A DNA stretch of 63,186 bases, counting the filler, from Basidiobolus ranarum (Eukaryota), in assembly GCA_040143965.1 (NCBI GenBank). It is 16 parts of 16 records of this genome, joined end to end, with 100 filler letters (N's around TTAATTAATTAA, not from the genome) between each part and the next. Parts side by side here need not be neighbours in the genome. Positions count along the whole stretch, not along the records: positions 7,944 to 11,813 come from JASJQH010009118.1; positions 11,914 to 15,781 come from JASJQH010009119.1; positions 15,882 to 19,746 come from JASJQH010009120.1; positions 19,847 to 23,708 come from JASJQH010009121.1; 12 more parts are not named here. The stretch is one strand, 5' to 3'. The position numbers were made by a program, and so were the translations under genes. The notes under the pieces are model-generated. The model was not told the origin of the DNA, did no database searches, and saw nothing but the letters and a program-made list of their open reading frames with translations. Numbering within the stretch: position 1 is the stretch's first letter; each line of letters opens with the position of its first letter. Of this stretch, positions 10,600 through 23,617 are shown one piece after another.

Positions 10600-11627
10600 C
10601 TACTCATATTCATCCTCGGCGATCTCATCCAAAATCTCTTCGATATCTTCATCCCTGTTTTGCCGCTCTTCCTCGTCATTTTTGGAGTAAGTATAACACA
10701 GATCTTGGATATCGATTACCTGTGATACTTGGAGCCCAAGTTTAGGTAAATCGTCGTTTAGACTGGCAGATTGACCGTTGATCGTTCTCCCGTTGTACTC
10801 ATTGGATGATAAATGTGAGTTCTGCCAGTCCCACCATACCTTGTCTACATATGCATGATGAATCCAGAATAAAGGACTAGAAAAGTGTATTTAGGTTGTG
10901 GCAGAAGAGTAAATCATATTGGAAAGTATCAATCCTACTCATTCGAACTCCATGTTTCATCCATATCTCCTCCTATAAAATGATGAATGCCGCCATGAGG
11001 CTGTCCTTCAAATAGAGATCGAAGTTCATGATAACTCCTTGCAGAGTCATTGATTTCGTTAATATCTTCGGGAGTGCTGTACAAGTCTTTAGAATCTTCC
11101 CAGTTGAAAGTTCGTTTCAGGCAGTGTCGATTGGGTGTGCTAACAACCCATCCAGCAAAAGGACCAGATGTGACACAACCATCTTTCCATCTCCCATCAC
11201 CTCCAAACCATGTAAACACTGGGGAATCAGCCGGGGAATCAGCATCTTTGGTCCAGTCCTGTTGTATAGCATTCAATCAATATAGTAGGAAGATTCATAT
11301 GAATGCACGACTTACCCAATAAGGCAGAGCAATGTCGGAGTTGATCCTTTGCAGGGCTTGCTCAAATCGACGTATATACAGCCGATGCCACGGAAAAAAC
11401 AATGCCGTCCGGTGAAAGTAGGGATATTCTTCGTTATGGGACCGAGTTATACGATCATATTCACCATTCCGTTTAAGTTGATTAATAGCTCTGATAAAAC
11501 GAAATCGACTTGCCGTGGAAAGTTCTCTAATTTCCTTTCTAGTGTGGATCTTGGAACACTGCGAGGCCCATCCGAAGTCCCAAAGTAATATGAGGACAGT
11601 GTGAAAAAGTACGCTCAGTGAAGACAT
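10600..11627 (-). CDS. Secreted tyrosinase / type-3 di-copper protein, 302 aa; exons 11627-11316, 11258-10939, 10876-10600
   Basis: Signal peptide, RKEIRELS, CuA (SHNEEYPYFHRTALFFPWHR), LPYW|DW across intron 11259-11315, CuB (PHGGIHHFIGGDM...SND|PLFWIHHAYVDKVWWDWQ) across intron 10877-10938, then CYTY and an acidic tail. Confidence 0.95.
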
Positions 11628-11959
11628 AGTGGAGTGAGTTATACCGGGTGTTCTGTAAGTGTGGTGTCAGTTGATGATATTGTGTTATTGGATCGGCTTC
11701 ATATTGAAACATCGTTATCGAATGGGTAATGGCCGTTTCAGAACAGTAAGAAGATTTATTTATAGAAGTAGCATATAGCGCAGTAAAAAGGGTTACACTT
11801 TGTGAACCTGTCTNNNNNNNNNNNNNNNNNNNNNNNNNNNNNNNNNNNNNNNNNNNNTTAATTAATTAANNNNNNNNNNNNNNNNNNNNNNNNNNNNNNN
11901 NNNNNNNNNNNNNGTGCTGCTGATACAAATGGCATAGTACTTAAGTAGCGAGGAATTAT

Positions 11960-12450
11960 AGGGGATGATAGAATTCACTAAAACTGGACTGAAGTTGGGT
12001 GAAGGAGATACTCTTGAGTTTAAACCTCAACTGTTAGATCAGATGAGTAAGTACTCATCCAATGATTACTAATCTAATTGTTATATCAGGTTACAGCTAC
12101 ATCATACTGGGATGGCACAATTGATGGGCAGGATATCCTGTGATGGCACTGCAATTAACTGATTCATGTTGGAGTGGCACAGTCAAGATGACTTAGACCT
12201 GCTAGAAGGGAGGGAAATGATCATGTGGCCTTCCATGGATTATGATCAAAAGAGGATCATGTGAACCACTATGACTGACAACTGGCACATTGTGTGACTG
12301 TTAATTGATGCTGATTAATATCCAGATAACTGCTAACCAATGGTACTAATATATTGATCTGGGGATAATACAAATATACTCACAACACTGAATATTGCAT
12401 AACCTAACTAATACTCAAGCTGCTATGATTAGCAAATGATAACATTACCA
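11960..12450 (+). mobile_element. Decayed 3' end and LTR-like segment of a probable Ty3/gypsy family
   Basis: AAACTGGAC...GAAGGAGATA...GATCAGATGAGTAA is shared with about 22300-22650 (downstream of a GPF-like integrase remnant) and with about 42130-42260 (reverse). Boundaries approximate. Confidence 0.5.
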
Positions 12451-12459
12451 AGTGTGAGT

Positions 12460-12925
12460 GCTTCACTATATTCTGATAGTTAGCAACTTTTCCACCATCA
12501 GTTTGCTTTTAAAGTATATTAATATTGTTGGGTTATATCTGATTAGTTAAGTATATGCATATGCAAAGATTAAACACAACAAGATTCTTGTATTTTTGAT
12601 GCACATTATGGGCAAGAAACAAAGCCTAAGTATCTAACTGAAGGCATGCATAGCAATTCAAATTCCAATTGCAGTATACATGGTATATTGCCATTCAAAA
12701 TTTGTTTTTTCCAATAATTGTTGGAGATAAAATGATGCATACCAAACATGAGGATCAATATTTCACCATGTACAATTACCATAAAGGTATTGTTAAGAAG
12801 CTGCTGTCTCATTATGAAATTTCTGGCACAATCTGAATGAGTAACAGAGCAATGATCTTCTGAGAGTATCGAGCTCCAGAATGGTGGATCTAATCCAGAT
12901 CAAATCAACTTTCTCTTTGATAGGG
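12460..12925 (+). mobile_element. Right (post-transposase) end of the CACTA/CMC-type element
   Basis: Colinear with about 48880-49336; ends ...GATCAAATCAACTTTCTCTTTGATAGGG. Confidence 0.8.
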
Positions 12926-13190
12926 CCAGTCAAGATCACTTTTGGGATAAACCTTTTCAAATTTGGCCCTGTAACATAGACTTTCCTGAACTTTAAAAAA
13001 CAAGATTTAAATAGAGTATGCTAGCTGAATGGTGGATTTTTTTCAAGTTGCTAATACAATATAACACCTGTGATATTAATATTTGTAGAGAAACTCAATG
13101 CAACAGGGAAGATCAGCTACATATGGTTAGAATATATTAGATAAATATCAAAGTATTTGATTTTGCTCTGCTAAGACTCTCCCAATGTGT

Positions 13191-15781
13191 TGATGAAATT
13201 AGATAAATAGCAACTAATTATATAGTAGTTGGTTTATTCATATTCTGCTTATTCAGCACTTAATTCTGCCATTGTGTTTATTGCTCTAATTGATAGAAAT
13301 ATCAATTAGTTCACTTTTACCAATTTTCACTATTTTCTCAAAACTTCTCCAAATCACCTCAAATTTTCACCCATGCTTAACAGGCATTTTTGTTATGATC
13401 TAAGCATGTCCAATATTCCTGTTTCATTGTAAACTATAAATAGGACATATTGAATTCAATAAAATTTAAGTGTCTAATCACATATTGAAATCTTGACCAA
13501 AACACTTCCAAATCCCCTAGGCACTTTTATCAGTTTAAGAGCCCCAAGGTAGCTGTTAAAGGAATGTCTACCCATACTATTACCAAAGTATTTGCATCCT
13601 CAGAAAACTTGATGATGAAGCCATTCACCTTTGGAAGTTCAAGATGCAAATAGTGCTAGAAGACAAGGACCTTTGAGGATTTGTTACAGGAGAAGAAATA
13701 GAGCTAAAGGGACCACCAGATGCTATCCTTGCATTTCACAAGAAGCAGAGGAAAGCACTCTCTACACTTTGTCTACATCTCAGAGACTCTCAATTGAGGC
13801 ACATACAATCAGCCAAAAATGTCCAAAATGCTTGGGAAACACTTGAAGGACTATATGAGACTAAAAGTCTGGCTAATAGGCTATATCTTAGGCAAAAATT
13901 ATTCTCAATTCAGATAAATTCTGATGATTTGATGCTTAATCATATAAATTGGATAAAAACTATGGCAGCAGTTCTCAACCAATGGAGCACCTCTAAATGA
14001 AGATGATGTAGTCATGACACTACTTGGGAGCCTGCCAGACATGTTTGGCAACCTCATAATTGCTCTAGAATCAAGATCAGAGCCATTAACAATCAAATAT
14101 GTAGGCACTAGGCTACTGAATGAGGAATTAAGAAGGTCTAATTTTCAGCTCAATAGTGCAGAACAGGCATTTATTTGAGCTGTAAAACATCCAACTGGCT
14201 TGAATAATGGTGCCCCTAATAGGAAATCAAACATCTGCAAGTATTGTAAGAAACCAGGCCATAATATCAAAGATCGCAGAAAAAGGATTTTTGCTGTAAA
14301 GCTAAAATTGGACCAAGCAAATTATGTAAGTACTGATAGGGATTGTCTATTTGTGTCTGCCCTATCAGTAACCACTAAAGAAGACTCAGAAACACAGTAC
14401 ATTGATTCAGGAGCTTCCCAGTATATGTCAAACAGGAAAGATTGGCTTTCCAGCTTAAAACCAATCCAAGCAAGGAAAGTCTACTTAGGTTATGACTATG
14501 CACTGAATGCAGTTGGTAAAGCCCCGTTGTGTTCAATTTAGACCAAAATTCAGCTACACCATCTGCAAAATTGGATGGAGTACTCTATGTACCAAATATA
14601 GCTAAGAATCTACTCTCAGTAAGCCAAGCAACAACTGAAGGACTAAAGTTTGTGTCTAGTAAGGCTGGATACACTATCACAGATCAGAATGATACTAAAT
14701 CAGCTACTTTTATCAAAGCTCAAAACTTATACAAGCTGGAAATCAACAAATTGTATTCTTAGCATGCAAACAAGGCTACAATTGGTGAAATAAGCTGTCA
14801 AATGTTGCATAGACAAGGAGGCTTCATTGGGGAACAAAAACTGACCCAAATAATCCAAAATCAGCTTGCTTCAGGCTTAGAAATTGTAAATATCATTAAA
14901 TTGAATCTGTGTGAAGGTTGCTCATATTGAAAACATTGCAGACAGCTGTTTTAAAGCTCTGGAGAGGTCAAATTCACTTAGCATTTTTACCTGTTTATTC
15001 TGACTTAAGTGGGCCCATGAAAAACATATCACTAGGTGGGAAAAGGTACTTTATGTCCTTTATTGATGACAAAACAGGATATACTTAGATATTCTTTCTC
15101 AAATCAACATCTGAAGCTTCAACTACATTCAAGCACTACAAAGCAATGGTGGAGAAAGAATCAGTCCAAAAAATAATGGTACTAAGGAGTGATAATGGTG
15201 GAGAATATGGCTTCAAAGACTTTGCTAATTTTTGTTCTAAACATGGAATAAAGCAGCAAACTACTGTACCTTATACTCCACAGCAAAATGGAGTTGCAGG
15301 ATGTGCTAATGGGACCATAGTGGAGATGGCAAGATAAATGTTACATGAGCAAAAGTTAAATTACCAATATTGAGCTGAATCTGTCTCCCCTGCAGTCTAT
15401 ATCAAAATCAGATGGCTAACATGATTGCTACAAAATGCTGTTCCATTTGAAGCCATATATGGATAAACACCAAGTGTGGATCATCTCAAGATCTTTGGTT
15501 CCACAGCATATAGCCCATTTCCTGCTCAAAAATGCTCTAAATAGGAACCAAAAAGCAGCAAATGCATATTTCTTGGTTACTGTAATGGATCAAAGGCCTA
15601 CAGACTGTTTGATACCAAAAATCAGAAGTTAATCAAGTGCAGCAATTTGATTTTTGATGAAAAAGCAGATTTTTCACCTCAAATCACAGTTCTTGATCCA
15701 GAAAACACATCAGCACTATTCAGGAAGTGTCTGACAAAATTCCAGCTGCATCTGAGCCCTATTCACCCAAAATTACTGTCC
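13191..15781 (+). mobile_element. Ty1/copia family 1, 5' half: 5' LTR 13191-13532, PBS 13533-13544, disrupted gag-protease-integrase
   Basis: UBN2-type gag (AWETLEGLYETKSLANRLYLRQKL), zinc-knuckle remnant CKYCKKPGH, protease IDSGAS, VLYVPNIAKNLLSV, integrase LRSDNGGEY and PYTPQQNG; many stops and frameshifts. Confidence 0.95.
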
Positions 15782-15881
15782 NNNNNNNNNNNNNNNNNNN
15801 NNNNNNNNNNNNNNNNNNNNNNNNNTTAATTAATTAANNNNNNNNNNNNNNNNNNNNNNNNNNNNNNNNNNNNNNNNNNNN

Positions 15882-18800
15882 TTTGATTATTGAGGAGTGG
15901 AGAGTTCAATCCAATCTTAGCAACCAGATGTTTATTGGTTTTCTTACACTTTTACCACAGTTGATTGGCAACTGTTGCTTGCCACAGACCTGATTCAAGT
16001 GGAAAACACTTGTCAATTGTATGACTTATAATCCTTCCACAATTAAAGTATCTTCATATTCATATGGCTTTTGGCTTTCACCAGTGATCTGAAAAGCCAG
16101 AAGTCATGTACTGTTTCCACACAATTGACAATCACTGAATCATGTGAATATTGTTCTTATTTGGTTCACATACCATTAATTTGCTATCTTAAAGTTTTGA
16201 TGAAATCACCCAAATATAAATCATTGATCCACTATGGAAGTACTAACTATAAAGCTGAGGGTATTACAAATATACTAGATAGATATCACTACCAGAATCT
16301 GAAAAGTCAAGGTTTCTTTGAGCACACATATAATTCTGCATTTGCATTGGCTCTGGATGGTTTCTCACTAAACAAATATACTATTGGAAAAGCTTGTTGG
16401 TTAATAACTTTAATTAACTTGAATTTTCCTCCTTCTGAATGGTATAAGAGTCATATTATTTTGATACTTTCCATCATATCCGGACCTAAATCATCAGCAC
16501 TTATAGATAGCTTGTTGGAGCTGTTGATTGAGGAATTTTCACAGTTGTATAATGGGATTCATATGGTTGAATATTTTTTTAAAGGTAATATCATTGTATG
16601 TATTGGTGACACTCCTCATGCTTCAACATGCTCACCAAAATCAATTCACCCAGTAGTCAGTTTAACATCAAACTTGGGAACAGCTGTAAGCCTAAGATTA
16701 TATTCCTAAAGGGGATAAGCTGGAGCTAGAGCTTCCCATTAGGCACTATGCACTTACTATTCAACAACATTCCAATGCTACTTACCCAGCTATATAGTAG
16801 AAAATTTAATATAAATGCACCAGTTAAGATAGGATCAAAGGTTAATTTGATTAGGAAAATGCTTGAAAATGTGTAGATACCGTCATATTTTACCAGTACT
16901 CCCATCAATATCCACTCTTCTTGGCACTTTTTCAAAAGCAAAGGCAGAATTATTGGATTTGCATTTCTTCAAGTGGAATCTGAAAGAGATTTCTGCCTGA
17001 GTGGCATTGGCAACATGGCAGTTGTTTGTGGATATTGTTAATATATTTTTACAGCATCAACTCACATTGGCAGCTTTTAGGCAGAAACAGCAACTGTGGA
17101 AAGATTTTGTAATTGGATACAAAAAACTTTATTATAGGCTTAAAGAAAATAGACTGAATCTATGACAGTATTCAATACATTCCCTGCTGCATCTTTCACA
17201 ATGCTTAGATTTTATAGGCCCTTGCTATACATGAGAGGATTTCCCAATGGAGTGCACCTATGGTGAAATGATGCTCTGTGTGAAATTGTCAGTATTACTA
17301 TATGCTAGTCTGATTAACAATGTAACAGCAAAATCAGTGATGGACATAATGCAATGGGTTAAGGAGACTCCAAAGAATATTAACTTTCCAACAATGTGCT
17401 CTTCTTAATGTGCTCATGGGTTTTTGCATTGTTTGAGCACAATAACAGCAACAAAACCCAATTTATGGTCTCACAGTAGGTACCTCTATAATTGAGAATA
17501 ATTTGGTTATTGTGATAATCCAACAGTCTTTCTAGGAAAGCTCAAGACAGTCTTTGTGGTGAGATAGATTGAGATATGCAGTATTATTTTTTTAGCCAAG
17601 GGGTATCTATTCAAGCAATCACACATCTACTTGTGGCAGGATATTTGTTGACTGCAAGTGGAGGATACTTTGGCTGAGTTTTTTATCAAAATTTGCTAAA
17701 ATTAATGGAGTTTACTCTATCAGGCATATATGTTTCTAATATTCAAATACAACACTAAACTCCATGATTTTACCATGGGGAGTCCAGTCAGATTTCTACA
17801 TGATCACTGATAGGACTTGACCAAATAGCCATTCTTATATCAAACTTGGTATTAGACATAAGCCTGAGATTATCTTGCTAGATAAGATCAGCTGGAGCCA
17901 GAGTGTCCCATTAGGTAATATGCACTTGCTATTCAAAAATATTCCAATACTGCTTACTCAGCTATATAGTGGATAACTCAGTATGATTGAGCCCTTTGAG
18001 ATAGGATTTAAAGTGTGAATCAATTGGGAAAATGTTTGAAAACATCACAATACCATCATAATTTTCCAGGGCTCCCATCAATATCCACTTGTCTAGGTGT
18101 TTGGTTGAATGCAAAGACTGGAATTATTGGATTTGTATATTTTCAAGTAGAATCTTGAAAAAACTTCTGCCTGACAAGTATTGGCAACATTGGGAGCTGT
18201 TTATGGATATTCTTAATATATTCTATCAGCATCAACTCACATTGGCAATTCACAGGCAGGCACAACTGTTGAAATCAGGAAAATAGCAACTCATTATTTA
18301 GTAGTGAGTTTATTCATATTAAGATAGTTTAGCACTCAATTCTGTCATTTAAAAGTGGGTGTTTATTTCTCTAATTGATAGAAATATCAATGAGATCACT
18401 TTTAACAATTTTCTCTATTTTCTCAAAACTTCTCCAAATTGTCTAAAATGTTTACCCATGCTTTACAGGCATATGTGTTATGATCCAAGCAAATCCAATA
18501 GTTCTATTTCATAGTAAACCATAAAAAGACATACTGAATTCAATAAACTTGAGCATCTAACTCTCAAATCCAAATCTTTTCTAAAACAATTCTTAATACC
18601 CTAAACACTTTTATGAACAACAACTGTTTAAAGACTTTGTAATTGGATATGCAAACTTTGTTACAGGCTTAAAGAAGATAGATTGATTCTACTCTGGTAC
18701 TCAATACATTCCCTGCTGCCTCTTTCACAATGCTTGGAGATTGTAGTCCCTTACTATACATTCTGGGTGTTCCTAATGGAGTACACCTGTGGTGAAGTGA

Positions 18801-18924
18801 TGCTTTATGTGAAATTTTCAGTTTTATCATTCGCTAATATGATTAACAATGTATCAGCAATATCAGTGAAGGATGTAATGCAATGGGTTAAGGAGACTCC
18901 AGAGTATATTCATCTTCCAACAAT
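15882..18924 (+). pseudogene. Decayed CACTA/CMC (Tnp2/Transposase_21 + DUF4218-like) transposase, several tandem or nested partial copies
   Basis: LALDGF, LINLNFPPSE, ISGPKS, VCIGDTP, MHLLFNNI, HSLLHL...GP...W.FPME.TCG. The segment recurs at about 17700-18920 and 47523-50140. Confidence 0.85.
18267..18616 (+). mobile_element. Solo LTR of copia family 1 with a 5-bp TSD (ACAAC), inserted in the CMC transposase
   Basis: TGTTGAAATC...CTTTTATGA. ACAAC at 18262-18266 and 18617-18621; the flanks rejoin to match 17080-17110. Confidence 0.92.
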
Positions 18925-19746
18925 CCCTAACCAAAAAAATTGATTTGATCTGGCTCAGATCCACCCTTTTGGATAGCAAAATCATCAGAGAACTCTCACA
19001 ATATTTGTGGCTTGCATTCAGCCAGGGATTTAGATGGTGTTATGGTGGCTTCTTGATGGTAATTTGATGGTATTCATACATTGTTAAATATTGATCCACA
19101 CAGTTGACATGCATTATTTAATTTTAGATAATATTTGCAAAAATCTATTTTTTGAATTGCAAATAACTGGGTTTACTGCCCTTGGAATTTGTATTAAAAC
19201 CCATGTCTTTATTTAGCTATTTTAGCCTTGGTATTTCAGCAATAATCAGAATCAAAAAATAGGAGAATCTTGGTGTGTTTAGTCTGTACATATCCCCATA
19301 CTTGACTGATCAGACATAACGTGACAACATTAATATACTTTACCAGAAAACTGATGGTGGAAAAATTGCTAAACATCTGAAATCTTCTATAGTACTGACA
19401 CTTGGCAAATAGATGTCTCTTGTTACTATTCACAATGAGAATAAGCTCTTGGATTTTGCCAAATTTCCATAAAGGATTTGGCCAAAATTTACACAACTTG
19501 TAGTCAAGAAATGTCCTGCCATATGTAGATGTGTTATTGTTTGAACAGATTACCCCATGGCTAAATAAATAATACTGCATATCCTGATCTATCCCACCAA
19601 GAAGTCTGTCTTGCAACTTTCCTAGAAATACCAGCAGATTATCACACCAGCAAATTAGTCCAAATTATAGAGATACTTAACCTATGTCCATGGATTGGTT
19701 TTTGTTGCTCTTATTGTGCCCAAACAATACAAAAACCCATGAGCAC
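18925..19746 (-). mobile_element. Inverted right end of the CMC element inserted into another copy of itself
   Basis: Begins CCCTAACCAAAAAAATTGATTTGATCTGG; reverse complement of about 48520-49336. Confidence 0.85.
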
Positions 19747-20029
19747 NNNNNNNNNNNNNNNNNNNNNNNNNNNNNNNNNNNNNNNNNNNNTTAATTAATT
19801 AANNNNNNNNNNNNNNNNNNNNNNNNNNNNNNNNNNNNNNNNNNNNATATCTTATTACACAAACTCCTGAATATCTCAAACAATCAATTTACTTTTCTAC
19901 TATATAAGTCACCATATACTCTTACAAATAAAGTAACTAAAATACACTATCACAAGTTGCTTCTAATACCCAATGTCTACCCCTATTATGTCAAAAACCT
20001 CCAACCAGATTTAAGCAAACTAACATGGA

Positions 20030-20862
20030 GAATGTGTTCAAGAAGATCCCAGGAGTATATGTGCAAAGTTTGGGGCTTCTAGTGCAAACTTGAAAAATCT
20101 GTTTATCCCAGAACTTCTAAGTTGTTAAAAATATTATAAGTATATTCCAATCATGAATAATGGGTAATATCTTAGTGAATTATGAGATACATAAGTACTA
20201 AGCTATATAAGACTATACAGGTGCTCAGGCAATGCTAATTTCAACATTCTCCCTCAACTAAATAGTCATATACACTAACCATTAGGAAGGTCTGAATATC
20301 GCAAAATTCTGTCTAGCTAAAGGTTTAGTTAAGAAATCAGCAATCATGTCTTCTATAGAACAATACGTAAAGTGTATAAACTTACTCTCTAGAGTCCCTC
20401 TAATGAAGTGATGTCTAAAATCTATATGTTTACTTCTATTTTAAAATGTGGGATTTTTGGCTAATATTTTACAACTTTGATTATCATGAAATATTGTAGT
20501 TGGTGAATTTGATAATAATTTGAATGGTGAAGAAATTTCTTTACCATCTTGCCTTATTTCTTCATCACAGGCAGCCATGTATTTTGCTTCTGTTGTTGAA
20601 AGTATTACATTAGGTTGTTTCTTGCAATTCCAAGAAATAGCTCCATTACAGCAAAGTTAACAGTATCCAGTTGTAGATCTCCTATCTTCAGTGTCTCTAC
20701 CATCATTTGCCTCTAAATATCCTATCAGATAAGTTAGATCCAAAATATGTGTCCTTAAGCACAGATCCACAGTATCTTCAAATATTGGAAAATCCTCTTA
20801 ACTGCTATTATTTCATCAGAGCCTTAATTTTGAAGATATTGGCACATAACTCACACTGAATA
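20030..20862 (-). mobile_element. Ty1/copia family 2, decayed RNase H with PPT and partial 3' LTR (about 20030-20246)
   Basis: Minus strand gives remnants of ISWNCKKQP, STTEAKYMAA, KHIDFRHHFIR and ADFLTKPL; purine tract abuts TGTTGAAATT. Confidence 0.85.
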
Positions 20863-21690
20863 TGTTAAAGTATTTGGGAGCCTGTTGGAAGTAGTTTTGG
20901 AGAATTAGAGGAATTGGTGGTGCTCACTCATTGATTTATTGGGTAGAGAGTTGATATTTATAGTTTTTTCAAGATGTAAACAAACTAATATGTGCAATAT
21001 GTTAAAGAAGATCGCAGGAACATGCGTGCAAAGTTTGGGGCTTCTAGCACAAGTTTGACAAGGCATATATCTGAGAACTTCTAAGTTGGTAAAAATACTC
21101 CAAGTAAATTCCAATTGAGAATAATGCATAATAACTTAGTGAATTATAAGATAACTAAGTACTAAGCTATGTATGACTATATAGGTGTCTAGACAATGCT
21201 AATTCCAACACTCCCCCTCAACTCAATAGTCATATCAACTAATCCCAATCAAGGTCTTAATTTCTCAAATTTCTGTCTAGCTAATGGATTGGTTAATATA
21301 TCAACAATCACATCTTCTATAGAACAATAAGATAAGTCAATAAACTTATTCTCTATGGTCTCTCTAATGAGATGATGCTTAAAATCTATGTCTTTGCTTC
21401 TATTATGAAACATGGGATTTTTAGCAATTTTGATTCAACTTTGATAATCTTGAAATATTGTAGTAGGTGAATTTTGATTACAACCTAACTTTGTTAAGAG
21501 TTTTTTCAACCATGTTGCTTCTTTTGCTGCTTCACAGGCAGCCATGTATTCTGCTTCTGTTGTTGACAGTGCTATGATGGGTTGTTTCTTTCAATTCCAA
21601 GAAATAGATCCATTACAGCTAAGAAATAAATATCTTGTTGATCTCCTGTCTTCAATATCTCTTCCCCAACTTTCATCTTAATATTCCATG
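20863..21690 (-). mobile_element. Ty1/copia family 2, complete 3' LTR (20863-21210), PPT GAGGGGGAG and RNase H remnant
   Basis: LTR reads TGTTGGAATT...CTTTAACA on the minus strand; LSTTEAEYMAACEAAKEATW, KDIDFKHHLIRE. Confidence 0.88.
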
Positions 21691-21699
21691 AATTACTAA

Positions 21700-22800
21700 T
21701 ATTATGATTTATGATAAATTCGTATCACCAGATTACCACAAATAATTTTGCTGGAACTTTGTGGAAGTTATCTTGAGTATTCTTTGGATTTTTAGAAAAG
21801 TGTAAATATGAGCCACATCCTTTCAATAAAATCATCCTGGTTGTCAACTAACAATTACTACTTGTAATCACCCCTTGTCTTGATCACTGCTTATGAGAAC
21901 TTTGAAGAGAAAGCTCAAGAGATACTACTAGCAACAGGTAGAGGCTACTATGTGACTAGAAAGGACTTGATTGGCTCAAAGAAAGTACTGACAGATAGGT
22001 GTTATAGTTCTGATACTTTGCATATGTTTCCTGATGGTGAAGGTAATTACAGTTGGGACCCAAAGATGTGTAGAGCTTTTCCTGATGGGATGTGAAGGAC
22101 CCTGTACAGTATTGGGAATTGATTTTAGGGTAAGACTACATACCACTAGAAAAAGTAACCAATGGGTTGAGATTCATGAATCTTCCAAACAGTGGTCTAT
22201 TGCAAAGCAGTATCTACCACCGGTGCAGAAGCTGAAAGTTTTAACTGTTGTGATTCTTAAGTGGCTGAGAATTATAGAACGTTAAGAAATCTACTATTGT
22301 GTTCACTAAAACTGGACCAAAGTTGATGAAGGGAGATATTTCTGGATTTAGAATTGAACTGAAGGATCAGATGAGTAATGACTTATGTGCTAATTACAAA
22401 TCTAATTGCTATCTCAGGATCTAGCTACATTATAATTGGGTGGCAAAAAAATGGGCTAAGATATCCTGGGGCAACACAACAATCAGTTAATACATGTTGC
22501 AGTGGCACAGTCAATAGGATCATGTGACCTTAGAGAATAACAGCAATATGATCACATCAGCTTCCATAAATTACAAACATAATACTATTATGCAACCCAC
22601 AACAACTAAATAATGGAACATCATGTGACTCCTGACTAATACTAACTCATAACTTGATAACAGTAACTCTTGTTACTGATAATATTGGTTTGGGCACAAT
22701 ACTGATATACTGAAATTACTGATATACTGGTAATATTGAATATTGCCGGACTCAACTGATACTTTGACTGCCAAGATTAAGCTGATTGTTACAATCTCCC
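21700..22800 (+). mobile_element. Highly decayed Ty3/gypsy-like integrase C-terminus, purine tract and LTR-like segment
   Basis: GPCTV (GPF/Y-like) remnant, GAAGGGAGATA purine tract at about 22329, homology to 11960-12450. Confidence 0.45.
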
Positions 22801-22859
22801 TCACTAAGGATGAGAAGACTCTCCTGAGTCTTTCTTCTTGTGGTACCAATATTTGGTAA

Positions 22860-23617
22860 ATCAATCATCTTGTTGAAGTCTGACAACTTTGAGTCAGTTC
22901 CAATGGACTGAGCCTTCTTTCATGACTCCTTGTTAATCCACTAGCTGATATTTCTGCAATGGGGATCCTCTGATAACTTTGGAAGGTCCTATGTGAAGTA
23001 GTTCAATCTTCTTTTTAGTTGTATTCCTCAACAACTCAATATTGCTTCAGTAATTGGTTGGGAGTCAACAGTTCTGTCAAAACAAGTCTTTGTTCCCAAT
23101 GGACTAAGTCTTCATTGATGACTCCTTGTTTATACACTAGTTGATATGTCTGGAATGGGCTTTCTCTGATAACCTGGGAAGGTACCTACATAGAAGGCTC
23201 AAACTTTTTCTTGGTGATAGTTCTTGACATCACAAATGTTCCTTCAGAGATTGGCTGTGCATTGATGGTATTGTCAAAATGTGTTGATACTTTCGAGGCA
23301 CTGGCTACAACTCTGGCTTTTGCGGTGTTTCTCTCCTGGGTAAGTGTCTCCTTGGTTGTGATTTGGCAAAGTTAATCTCCCAGAAGGTTGTAAAGTTTTG
23401 ATTGGAATGGGTCTCCTTCAATTTTTGGGTGACATCCATAGACCAAGTAAATGGGGACTTCTGTGTTATACTATGTAATTGGATATGTCAGGCAAAAATG
23501 TTTTGATCAATGTGCTCTACCCACTGGTTTGTTACTCCACAGGCATACTTTGATAGCATCTTGCCAAAAAGTCCATTAAATTTCTTGATGACTGTATAGG
23601 TTCTTGGATGATGACAG
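22860..23617 (-). mobile_element. Ty3/gypsy integrase remnant followed by a duplication of about 196 bp
   Basis: Minus strand HHPRT...KFNGLFGKMLSKY...W...KSPF/YLVYGCHPK. Direct repeat CCAATGGACT...GACTCCTTG at 22900 and 23096. Confidence 0.7.
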
